Shown in pieces: positions 13,301 through 25,961 of a stretch of DNA of 64,000 nt. The notes below the pieces were generated by a model that did no database searches, was not told the DNA's origin, and saw only the letters and a list, made by a program, of their open reading frames with translations. The stretch lies in NCBI GenBank assembly GCA_040954595.2, contig CM082578.2, positions 16,724,998 through 16,788,997 of the forward strand. The letters run 5' to 3'. Made by a program: the position numbers and the translations under genes. Numbering within the stretch: position 1 is the stretch's first letter; the number at the start of each line of letters is the position of its first letter. Source of the DNA: Balanoglossus misakiensis (lineage: Eukaryota > Animalia > Hemichordata).

Positions 13301-16300
13301 AGCGAAGTATTAGTGAGAGGGATATGCTACGTCTCGAAGTCCCGCGGATATTTTTTTATGAATTTCACAAGCTTCTCGTGAATCGTGAGACCCCGTATGG
13401 ATCTTTGCGAAATTCAATGGACTCAGTCGTTGATGTCATAAACCCCATCTACATATCCTTACTTTGAAGCGCTACTCAAATCGCGTATATGCAGATGAAA
13501 TTTCAACACTTCATCTGGGCTTATTATATTTTTGTCTTCCTAAGTGGAAAGACGCGAACATTAGCTGTCCATAACTTCTTAGCGTTTTACTCGCCGGGTG
13601 TCATCTTACCGATAATTCAGTATCAGAATGTGACTGCTTTTTCCAAGATATAATCTTACATGAGATTAGTCACTGAACAACAGCTCTGCTGATGCGCCCC
13701 AACCAATAACCGGTTGTTTGTGTACTCAGTTCACCGAACAGGTACATGTAGGTGTATATCCTTCCAAGAAAACATACTAAACTGAAGATAATTTACTCAA
13801 ATATCGTCAAGGTCAAGACAGTCAATTCTTGCTCAGTTCAGAGCAGGCTGTCTAGCTTCAAAAGTAGAAACAGTCACATTCTAGCATTTGTCTGTAGAAG
13901 AGAGAACATGGGATTTTTTGTTCAGGTTCATTAATTGAAGATGAGGTGAACTGGGGCTGGATGTACATATAATAATAATAATAATAAGTTTTCTTTATTT
14001 CAGGATATAAAATACCAATCCTGAAATGACATGTCAATAAATAAATGAACAACAACAACAAAAGCAATTTTTTAGTCAATTGCACAGACTATTATGACTG
14101 TGCATCATTTATGCCTTTAACCACTTGAGAACCACTGCATTTTTTATCAAACCAATGACTGGAACTGAACAGCCATATGTACATGCCATTCATGGGTGGA
14201 AATTTTCTTTAGCCGCTGACAACATCATCTCCAAATGACAAGGAGCAAAGGCAATCAAGAGTAACGATCATTTGAATTGCCTTGGAATTACCACCCTAGG
14301 CGGTTGCTTCATTTGCATACAGGTATCAAATCAAGGCCTGCAGAGACAAGTGCACAGTTGTACATCAAAATTCCATGTTTGGAGTAATTGCAGACTGCCA
14401 GCCATCAGCAGAGTTTTTCTTCTTCAAAGGTGTTTTTGCGGATTGCATCACTGAAGGACGTATTTGCTATAGATAATTCAATCATGATAATTTGTTGTCT
14501 TTGTGCAATAATAGGCTAACCGTATGGATGACAGGTGTATTTCCCATTTATTTGTATTCACAAAAAGTATATAGTATTAGTGTGGGTGCCATGGCATTGT
14601 ATTCTACGTATGGTTATAATAACAATAATTTCACCCGACTGTGTTATTTACCACACAAAGCTCAATAACCACGTCCATAAGGTATAATTCCTGATCTTTT
14701 GCTCCCTGTACTCTGATGGCTGACGTCTCAAAGCATTTTGTTTGAACGGAAACAATTACAGTCAACTGTACAGAGGGAGTCGATCCAAGGTCAGCGCAGT
14801 TGTTGATTATCCCGCTAATACGTTGTAAATGGTACGACGTCATGTATGTGTGACATTGACTCTGACATTGACTCGGTTGATGTAGATAATGATCGGAAGT
14901 TGGAAAAAAACATCCGCCTAATTTCCGCCGAGGAGCAACATTTGCCCGGTACTCTCAGCAATTCACCCTGAACTCTGCTATTATAAAGCTGTGTACTTTT
15001 CAACCTTTCGCCCTCTTTAAAATATCCTTGATTGGGTGGTGATGGATGGATGGCGAGGGATTGGAGCTTGACAGAGAGAAATTCATTTGCTTACTTTCTC
15101 AAAATGCGCACGCTTTTCTTGTTACTCTGAACGGACTGTCAAACTCAAACAGCGATCCAACCACACTCCACCTGTCCACCTCCACATTTTGCCGGCCGGG
15201 TAACTCTTTTGCGACTACTATGTTATGTTGACAGAACGATCATTAAAACTTTCTGCAATACCAATAATTTTGTGAACATAACTTCTGTAGAGCTGGGGGC
15301 AATTAGGTAGGAACATCCGTTGTTGCTGAACATTTTTTCATCAGTCAGGTAGATCTAATATCATAAATTTTAATGACGCAAAGTTAATTCAGAGCTTCAA
15401 GTATTGGGAATTTGCAAAGTAAAAAAAGAAAGTGTATCCTAACATGTAACTGACAGATTTATTCCTGATGAAGACAGCACATTGGCACAAAGGGGAACTA
15501 ATGAGGCCATCAACGTCACCGTTCTTGGATGTGTGCCAAATGAGCATCCAAGTTTCTGGAACAATGCTATTTACTGGCGACGGCAAAAAATGCCTGCCAT
15601 GCCACTTTTTGTGATATATAATATACGCCAAGCGCATTAGTGTCCGAGTTCGTTATGTTAAGGCACCAACAAAACCAGACTGTCGCTAGAAAGTTGAAAT
15701 GGGCTGTAAATTATGCCTAGTAATGCAATTTCTCAGTAGGAAACATAGTGTTGGTAAATTGGGACGTGGGAGAGAGATAAGGGATATTAAATTGATTGCA
15801 ATTGGCGTTGAAAGTATTACCTGAATGAACAGATCGTAAGTACCTTGATAGTTTTATGAGGTGAGGTTTCTTTGTGTTCCTTTATCCATTTTTATCAATA
15901 TTCTGTAAGGAGACCATGGTTTATTCGTCATGTCTATGGTATAAAGTCACCCCGGAGATATTTCAATATCAACATCATCTGTTTATACCTCATCTAAGAG
16001 CCAACATCTTAAAAAGTACAGTCGGATTGAAAATGGGGATAGTGTTGCAATCTGGAAGTGTTAAATTTGTAGATCTACTCCCACACGAGCATCACACTGT
16101 TTTGGCAAAAACATGTCATTCCTTTTCATCTCGTATAATCTGAAGTAATATGATGAGTAAAGAGGAAATAGTATGAGGTTTACTCTTTCATTATTTGTAG
16201 CAAATGCCAAAATTTCCCTGAAACGAAATGTTTTTCCTTTATTTTAGTTTGTTCAGGATACTGTTTATTGATCATAAAATGATCATTTCTTGAATATATA

Positions 16301-19300
16301 AAATAAATATTCCATCACTCTCCTCGCTGATGTGACAGTGAGAAAAGAACAATTATGTCAGATTTAACAATATGAGGACTGAATCAAACAAGTTGCTTTA
16401 CAAAACAGCTTGATAGGTATCATGATATTTGTTCATTTTGGAATTGCAAATTGTCTCTGCTTTACTCTTCCCCTGGCAAACCAAACCAGACCAGTCAGTT
16501 CATTTGAACTTGTAATTTGAGATACAGCAATTGCAGAAATCTGAAGCCCCATTGTCACCGTAATGATTTGGCTTTTTTCATTTTGAATGTCTCTGTTCTG
16601 AATGAAACTTTTAGAAATTACCCGTGAGCTCGAATTTGTGACAGTAAAGGCCTAATCAGTTCTGGTTTGAGATTGATTTGATTGCAACTAAGCATGAGAT
16701 CTTCAGAATAATCAACTCTGATTTTGAGCTCCTGAACATTGCGCACAAGGGAAAAATTATGTCTTCAACTTCGAGCTGTCTATACCGAAGAATTTCCCTG
16801 TCAGAGTGCTAAGTATGTTATGAACTCAGCTCAAACTCAACTGGTTTGAGAAAATGAAATCTGCCCTGATGCTGAACTCGGTCAATTAATCATTGTGAAC
16901 TTAAACCTATATTCTTATAAGAGGTAACAAATTTGCTCCCATTTCTAGGTGTCCTTGAAATGCAATTTGTTCCAAAGTAATTGCCAAGCATGCACGCAAA
17001 GGAAGAACTCAGACTACTGTTTCATTGGAATTGATGGTGTGAACTTCAAAGTTATTACCAGCTACCATTCCATCAAATTGTTTTTCTAGTTCAGTTGTTC
17101 TGTTTGGCATTTGAGACAAAACACAATAACAGTTCTCTGGTTTTGGATTTCAGCACATTATACGTATTAATTATTCATGTAGACTGTCTCTTACTAGTAA
17201 TAAGCTCAGAAATGTCAAAGGCCACTTCATGGAAATACGTCACCTCACAAAGGAATTTTTGTTGTTGTTCAGGGAAGGGAATCAGCCCTGTGATGCAAAG
17301 AGAATGATCTTTTTCATTGAGTATTCCTGTGTTAACAAATTTCTATTATTGTTTACTAGAAGCACGTGAAGAATTTTTGTTGTGTGTGCAAACAAACTTA
17401 TACTATCCGATAACAAAACCTTTGACAAGTTTACAAGCACTAACCATGTAATCCATGAGTTACTAATTCTAATTCGTACATATCCATTAATATAATACTG
17501 ATCTCTATAGATGCTGTTCATTGCATGGCGGAATCACTATAATTTACTGATTTCCATGAATTTGTAGTAGGGTCGGGTTGTTTAGCTGTACTTTTTTTAA
17601 TGAAAGGGATTGCCAACTGTCTGACTGCATCAAAGCAATTTGACCGGACCCCCTTCCCCACCCCAACCGAAGAAACTGAACAGTCCCTAAGAAAACCATA
17701 ATGAAAAGAGACTGTAACTCTTTATTAAGAGCTTATGTTTCAAAGACACACGTGTGGGGGTGATTGTGATAGATGTGGAAAACAACACAGGGATCAGGCT
17801 ATTTGCAAGGCAGTGCAATTCACGAGTTTGAATTTTATTATTTTATGTCTTTTTCAGCTTGATTTGTGAGTGGGTAATGATGGTGAGACATAATTGCACA
17901 CAAGTCACCGCGAATTTGAAGCGGCGCCTGGGATACTCAATGATGTCGTAAAATTTCATTGTAGCATGATAAGGCAGGGCAGTGGAATAATTGTACACAA
18001 GATACATATTTACAATAAAATAATGGGTCGGAAAATATATACTTAATCAACTTTATGATTAATGAATGTGTCAGGTTAAAATTACAAAGTGTATCCCTTG
18101 ATACAGTTTTATTGGAAGCCAGGCAGCAGTGAAATATGACAATTACCATATTCTATTTTAGTGTGCATAATACCTCTGGGAGAGTGTGAAGACTTTACAG
18201 AAACTTTCATGCTTTGCTATACAAAGGAATGACATAATACGCTTTACCCTAGGGCAATCACTATTTTGTAATTGCTATGGAAAGCCTTGTACAGTTATAA
18301 AGTACATGTGAAGGAGCATGAAAGTGCGTGGCTTCTGTGATATGCCAGAGGTTTTCGCGGGTAGATTTCCAAAGTCAAAGAGAGTGCAGGGCGTGTGATA
18401 CACACACAGAGGGATAAGGATCTTGAAAGTTTAGCGTTTACTTGTCGATGGAATTGAAATGAAAGCGTTGGGCGGCAAAATCTGTGAGGTGGAAGTGTAT
18501 CTCAAAACCCCATCAATGTTAATCTTGTGCATCTGTGATTGGTCTCAGCTCTCTGTGAATAGTCAGCAGTCCTCTGAGTGAGCTTCCAAGTACACCTCTT
18601 CTTACAAGTCAGTAAATTTGTCGCACTTTTCTTTAATACTAGTGTTTGTTTTCTATCGCAGCGTAAATTACAATTTTCCATCAGGTGTGGTCTATGAGAG
18701 GAAAGAAATGCCGCGCTCACTTTACCGCCAATATATGTCAACACCGTTTGCGTTTAATCTTATTTTCTATTACATTTGCGTCAGATTTCCATAAACCTCG
18801 TTCTTCGGCTCATAAACGTGGAAAATGTGTTGAAAGCGTACTTGATAGCACTGCCGTCTATTTTAATACTTTCGGTGACGTGTGTGTTATTTCCTTTCCT
18901 GTTTGTAGCGGTTCTCCGTCCATCTCGTTCCAAAGTTTATGGTGCGATTGCAGTGTCCCTTTAAATGGGTAAAATCATATGTAAGGATATGATTCTCTTC
19001 CGCTAAATGTGAGGGCGCTGTTTAGTTGGTGCCCATACTTTCAGATATCACCTATGCGAATTAAGATGTATCACCATTGATATCGTGTTTAAACGATTAA
19101 AAGGATTTTTCACAGACGTCTGTTGGTTCGCTAGTTGTTACTCGAGGCATGTGGATTGGCCGATCCATTAGCTGATTTCCGTAGTCCCCACTTTAATTCT
19201 ATTTTATGTGTAAGTTTATTTTTTATGGAAACACGTGGGCGTGAAAGCCCGTTGGTAAGTTTTTTTTTACTGCAACATTCGTGTGTCGTGAGGTCCGAAC

Positions 19301-19383
19301 TAATTTAATGGGAGGGGACAGGTTTTATTGTTAGTGTTGTTGTTATAATTGTTTTGTTAGCATCAAGACTGCCACCACCACCT

Positions 19384-19395
19384 TCGTCGTCGTCG

Positions 19396-19446
<51 letters not shown>

Positions 19447-19475
19447 AGTTATCATCATCACCACCACCACCACCA
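19384..19475. repeat. compound trinucleotide microsatellite (TCG)n(ATC)n...(ACC)n
   Basis: Directly visible. Confidence 0.95.
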
Positions 19476-22400
19476 CTGGTGTTACACGAACTGTCGCCGT
19501 CTCGCCAGAAGTATAGACTGCTTTCCCTGATGAAACAATTATTTCATTCTGAAATTGAGAGTGTGCAACCCTCTGTGTGCGAATTGACGGTTGTTCCTGT
19601 CGGTATCACTGCGACGGTCCTTGTACGTGTACGTGGAGGCGTTTACTGAAACTGTTACAGTACATTCTCAGCTGGTCAAGCTATTTAAGCGTCGCCTGTA
19701 ATATTCCAAAAACGGAATTACTGATCAATAAAAAATATATTAGAAATCCTCTCTTTTTACGATAAGACGAAATTTACCAGATTACAACCGTGATTTGTCA
19801 TTGCAATTTCTTTTCACCATGGTAACGTGAACTAATGACGTAATCAAGTCGCGCAGTTCCGCTACCATGTCTGTTTTTCTTCGTATTATTGGAAAGGGGT
19901 ATAAATGTGTAGGCGTCTTCTCATAATTAGTGAATTACAGCACGTGGAAAAATGAGCGTTGACAGGTGGACGGATATTCGGGTGAGAGAGAGATAGACCT
20001 ACACAGAGTGAGAGAGAGATTGGTCAGTCGCTTGGTTCAGTTGGTTGGTTGCGAAATCTGGTTGTTACTGAATACAAAGTGATAACGTCTCAAGGATTCT
20101 TCAAAGATATGATTCGATTTTAATACGATGTGATCAAATTTGTATATAGCGAAATGAAATACGCTCCCAGAAGCCCGAGCCTTTATATACTGTGTCGCTA
20201 TCTCTTGTGTATACTTCAATTCAATTTGCTATTGTTACAAGCAACATCATTTTCATCGTCAACATTCCCAAATAGCTGTACTACGAGTCTCATTGGTCAA
20301 AACCATACGTACTGAGAAGAGATAGTTGTCGTCACACTTTCTAACCAACCACACCTAGCAACCCTGCTGCTCGCTCTCGGGCTTCTGGCAAACGAGGCTA
20401 GAACCACAGCAAGGTGGCAAGATGATATCCATGATATCTCACGCCAGTCTGATTTGCTGGCAATATTGATGTGAACTTCGAGAATAACCGCGTGTTCAGT
20501 CAACATGTGATATGATAAATCGAATATACAGTAATCGCCTCCGGGTTGGATCAATATCGCGATACATTAATTGTCAAATTATGACACCTGCAGGTCTGTC
20601 AGGCAGAACTTAATTGATGACATTCACCGTTATGTTTGACTTCTGAAAAAATAACACACATATATCATTTTAGCGCAAAATTTCGCAGCTGGATGGATCC
20701 CCATACATCCGGGAATTTGCTCCAGTCTTTGCGCTAATCTGCATTGGCTGCATCCTCGCCTGAGGATTGACGCCTGCAAAGCGTTGCTGTGGTGTTGGTA
20801 TGTTTCAGTTGTCATCATGAGATCGGCCGGAGGGGTTTTGGGTTTGAGTTTAACCCCCGCCATTGCTAGCATTATCCTGTATAACTAACATCTCGGGAGC
20901 TGTGCCATATGTCTGTGTGAAAGATAACGATGTGTTTAGACCATATTGCGGGATTCGCGTGTGTTCCAGGGACTAGGAACGATGGGCATAGGGTCGGGTG
21001 GTTTATGGAAATGGTAGAAAAGGCAAATGTGAACACAGTTCTCGTTATAGTAATGAAGGTTGCGCTCGTAGAAAATTAAATATGAAACTAGTCTGAGTCT
21101 GCAGCCAGCGCCAGCATAACCTATTTGCTAGACTTTCACCGTCGCCTAGATACTTCATTTAACATCCTGCATTTGCCATGAATGCATTATTATCCGCATC
21201 TAAAATGGGCATACCATCCAAGCATGTTCAACATTTGTTTTGGATTTTCGTGCTATGCTTGTTTTCCTTGGTCAATACGTGTATGTATAAGCTAGGTCTA
21301 TGAAGACACAGTATTATGGAAATTCTCAAGCGTAGGCCCAATGCATATGCGTTTTCTATCTTTTTTCTGGCATTATTGCTCTAGAGTCGCCGGCGGGCTG
21401 GCTTTAAAAACTAATCTTGGATATTTCATGGTAAGTGTGTTGTGTGAAAAACAGCCAAAAGCAAGTATTTGTGAGCATTGATATTTTATTACACGCATAC
21501 ATGCCACAGGAAATCTTGCCTACATTCGGAATGTCGCAATGCGAAACTAAAGCAGATGTTTTTCGACCGATTTGGTTTTATGGCACACCAATGAACCATG
21601 TAAAAGTACACTACCACAACCAGTAATATTTCCATTTCAGCGGCGGTCGTTTAAACGGGTTCACATAGGGTCACACTTAGCACACGAAACTGAGTGTGCG
21701 CGCGCAGGTGTCGACAGCTCTCTTAGCAACCGGTGAACCTTGCAGTCTATAACAACAGCGTACAAGGTAAACGGAGACGATCAGCACGGATCAGTGTCCC
21801 GGGGCTGTGGTGATTAACGCTTTCAGTGGCCAGAATCCTCGGCGGACGTTAAGCGAGGCGGCACTAGCGTTGATACTTGGTGGCGACACTCCAGGTAAGA
21901 CGCCGTGTGAATATAGTCGTCGACATCAGTTCGACAGAAAAAAAATATATTAAACTAGAAAAAAATAACCCCGGAAGGAAATGTTTACACATCACATTAA
22001 TGGAGACATGCATATAGTTGTTTATAGGCCGTGGTGTACAGTAGCAGTTGCCATGTAATCTTATTTATTTTTGCGAGCTACTGTTGCCTAGTGGAGTGTG
22101 GTCCGTCTGTGTTTACCGCGAATCTGAACATGTGTTCTGACACCTTACAGTAGTTCCTTGTTACCTGAACGTCTCCTTGGACGTCGCGATGTTCAAGTTA
22201 CACATATATGCGTTTATACAGCACCTGCCCACACAATAGTTATAGATCGGCGCTTCTGTGACGTCGTTAATGATCATCAGGAGAGTGAAAGAAAACCTTG
22301 ATTAAAAGAGTTCTTTTACTGCCCCATTCTCTCTTTTCATTAAATCTCCGCACGATGTGACGGGCATTACAGTAATGATAATAACAATGGCTAATTGAGC

Positions 22401-24986
22401 AGAGTGCTACCTGCAGTGGGTTTACCTTACTTAGTTACTGAGAGAAGATTTTATCAACAGCTCAAAATATTTTTTACTTGACAAAACTGAACACACAGCC
22501 CCTACTTTGCTTTGCTTGGGGTGTGTGTAGACATTTCATAAATCAGATAAATCGCTCGTCTGGGTGTGACTCAATCACTGCCGCGAATAACCTGTCGTAA
22601 AACTTGAATGGTGTTTTGTGTTGGCGACTAAAGGTTTTTCATCGCTTGGCTGCACACTGTATTTGACTGGCACAGTCGATGAACATATCCAATTCAAAGG
22701 CTTCATCATAGCCATGGGCCGTACATTGCATAGTATAAAACCAAACGCGACTTTCAAAACCGATTCACTGAAAAAGCGCCCGGGAACAACACCGGCTGCA
22801 TGCATTCAGTGATTCCTTCGGGGAGTTTGAAACGCATTCGTTAGGTCAGTACAACGGTACCGAAAAGTTGTACGCTGTCCTCAAATTTGACTTGTGTCCA
22901 ATATTTTTTTTATGTCTGTCTGTCTTTAGTCACCATATAATGTTCAATTTATGATTTACGTAATTATATCGCCATTGATTTACTATGAAAAAATATGTGA
23001 AATGGTCATATTGGGATGGTTTCCTAGGAATCCAGAATACGTTATAGTCCTGTTGTATTATAATACATAAAGAAACGTCCGAGTTAGCAGACAATAGTTT
23101 TGCGACTATAATCATAGCGCAAGAAAATCTCATCGGATTTTACTGAACACTATGTAAGTCATAAAAAGCAAGACTTTGATTCGTGAAGATATACAACACC
23201 GCATCCCACTGAATAATGTGAGATATTTTACCCCTTTTTGCTCCTATTACCTGCGGCAAATCTAAAGGGTCAAGTGATTACCTGGCCACTGTTATCAGCC
23301 TGTCGGTATTTCTAAGTGAATTGTGCGCATGTGGTTCCGCTAATAGAGTGGACTTCAGTCAATGCAGACGCCCATACCGACGGGGATCGAACACGCATTG
23401 AAAGAAGTGCAAGGTCAAGATGTCCCACCAAATAAAAAGTCGAAGGACACGATGTTGTATAGTACAGGCAACTTTGCTAGCTTTTAATAAACTGTCATGT
23501 GTACGTAGCTTATTTCGACATGACTGCATGGCATTAACCTTTGGACACACAGCCTATTTGTCTTGGTTACTGTCATCGATCGTCTAATATTAGTCAATAC
23601 GACGGTCGCTGCGCCTTTAATTAGCGCGTTGTGTTGTCAAGGCGTATCCAGGCAACGTGGAAGAGGCTACGTGCATCCAAGGCGAGAATGCACTAAAGTA
23701 TATACATGTAGTTCATGATATTTTGTCAGCTACTTGTTCTACACGTCCCCCCCCCCTGATTTTGCACTCCGACGCCGACACCGGGAAAACATCGAGATCT
23801 GCAGTACTCCACCGGGAAAGAACGTTTGTCTCCGTCAGTGAAAACTGAACGGACAGCCTTGGCTGAAAGTATACCGTATTCACATTATTCAAAATGCGGT
23901 GTCATAAACTAAGCTCTTTAGACCGACGGATGCCATGGACAGACATGTCCTCGCCGGCCGGGACTATTCTGATACTTTTTTCGTCTTTTACCTGTGACTT
24001 CGGGGTACACTGAATATTGTGCGCGCATGGCCACATCTCCATCATCTCCAAAAGCCGTTAACAGCAGACATACTAATCTAGTCAAAGCTTTCCGGTCCCC
24101 ATGACAACCGTGCCAGTACCGTGACTTAAGTAGCCGGATATTAGACATGCGCAGCTCTATTTATGGCCATTAATAACATTTACCATGTCAGTATTTGTCA
24201 CAGGCAATTGCCTATTACGGAAATGCTTTCCATCTGCATGCGATGAAATCTGCCTTCGATTCAATTCGATACCAGTACGTAGGATATAATATATCAACGA
24301 CGAGGGTTATGGGAACTTGTTGACTGTATTTCGATGGCACGACGTCTAGATTACCATGTGCTATCTAAAATCAAATCTCAAGTTGCCGTCAAAACTAAAA
24401 GGGTTTGTTACTTCGGTTTACTGACCCTTGGAAAATCCATTCCCTGGGCCTCCGTTTTTTTCTTCTCTATTTGGCGTCCAATTAGTGAAGAGCGCTCACT
24501 GCGGACAACTCAAACAGAGCGATGTTGACAATACAAACATGAGTTCCCTCCCTCACCATTATTTGCTTTTTTGTAAGATACACTTGAGGGACTGCATTAG
24601 CTAAAATTGCAGACCAGAACTGAACTGGCATTTATTGAATAGCACTGAACGGAATACATGCATTACCACGTGTGATCCCGCAAGATGTATGAAAATAAAA
24701 GTGCAAACGTAAAAAAATATTGCCATTTTCCTGATTTTTTAAAACTTATGTTGTATATCAATGAATTTTAAACATAAAAATACGCAGAAAACATGATGTT
24801 CCAATGCTACGTTAGGTTAGACGTCTAAAATATTGGGTTAAGTGCTGAATCAGCACAATAACGTTTTTTTCGTAACTCCACCTCCAGGCATGTATATCTA
24901 AAAGCGGGTCAGAATATACAATTTTGTGATATTCCTCCGATTTTTCTCTCTTTACTAACTACAGGTGTCCATTCTAAAGTGGCGCT

Positions 24987-25961
24987 ATGGCAGACGATTC
25001 TCAGCAACAAGATGTCGTTGAAAACGGAGACGACGTGACCGAGCAAGACCAGGTGGACGAAGTTGTTGAAGATCCGGCGTACAAACACGTGACGGACTTC
25101 GGTCGCAGCGACGACGGCCCCGAGGAGGCTCGTCTGAAGACGCCCTGTGGCATCGCCGTCTCCGGCAAGGGCGACGTCTTTGTCGCCGACTTCGGCGATG
25201 CCAATGTGAAGATATACAACAAAGACGGCGAGTTCCAGAAAGCCATTTCGCACAGCAGCGAGAAGCTGGAGAAATTCTACCCGGGCGACGTGGCCATCAG
25301 TCCGAACGACGAGTTCGTCTACATACTCGGGTCGGGAAACTTCGACGACTCCGACAAGAATGCAATCATCAAGTGCAGTTACGAAGGCGAAGTTCTCAAG
25401 GAAATCATCCACGACAGATTGAAGGGGTCCATCACTATCGCGGTTAACAACCGCGGATACATCAATGTCGTGGACAGGGCGAAAACCCGGATCGTAATCT
25501 TCGATCAAGACGGCAAGTACGTAAAGGGCATCGGCAGCAGGGGGGTCGACCTCGGCAAATTCCAAACGCCCATGTACGTCTGCTTTACGAGGCGAGATTT
25601 CTTCATCGTCAGCGACCTGGCCAATCGCATCCAGGTGTTCGATCCAGACGGCTCGGTGACCCGGCTGATCCAGCAGGTGCAAGGCCCGACGGGGGTTGCG
25701 GTGGACGACGACGACCTGATCGTCGCCGGCGGAGCGGGAATCACCCTTCTCACTCTCAAGGGCGACATTGTCGGACAAATCGGCGACCGTCACGAGGGAC
25801 CAACCACCAGGGGCGTGGCCACCTTCAAAAGTGATGGCATTTCCTACGTGTTCGCCGTATGCTGCAAATGCACGCTACCAGACGGCGTCAAATCCTGCGT
25901 GACCGTGTATCAATACGACCCTCAGAAATTGAAACAAACTCCTTCGGTAGATGCGAGCTGA
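24987..25961 (+). CDS. Stand-alone NHL-repeat beta-propeller protein (TRIM2/3/71-type NHL domain, no RING/B-box), single coding exon
   Basis: 324-aa ORF with high GC3. NHL blades: LKTPCGIAVSGKGDVFVAD, FYPGDVAIS, GSITIAVNNRGYINVVD, IGSRG..GKFQTPMYV, GPTGVAVDDDDLIVA. A polypyrimidine/AG acceptor at 24964 lies just before the ATG, implying an upstream non-coding exon. Confidence 0.85.
   Translation: MADDSQQQDVVENGDDVTEQDQVDEVVEDPAYKHVTDFGRSDDGPEEARLKTPCGIAVSGKGDVFVADFGDANVKIYNKDGEFQKAISHSSEKLEKFYPGDVAISPNDEFVYILGSGNFDDSDKNAIIKCSYEGEVLKEIIHDRLKGSITIAVNNRGYINVVDRAKTRIVIFDQDGKYVKGIGSRGVDLGKFQTPMYVCFTRRDFFIVSDLANRIQVFDPDGSVTRLIQQVQGPTGVAVDDDDLIVAGGAGITLLTLKGDIVGQIGDRHEGPTTRGVATFKSDGISYVFAVCCKCTLPDGVKSCVTVYQYDPQKLKQTPSVDAS

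Noticed and set aside
18500-18963. Possible TTAA-flanked DNA transposon end (gtgtccctttaa); similar ends near 303 and 43345
   Set aside because: Could not identify the matching opposite terminus, so element boundaries are unsupported.
24909-25793. 294-aa antisense ORF over the NHL gene
   Set aside because: Shadow ORF produced by the high GC3 codon bias of the + strand CDS; no recognisable domain.
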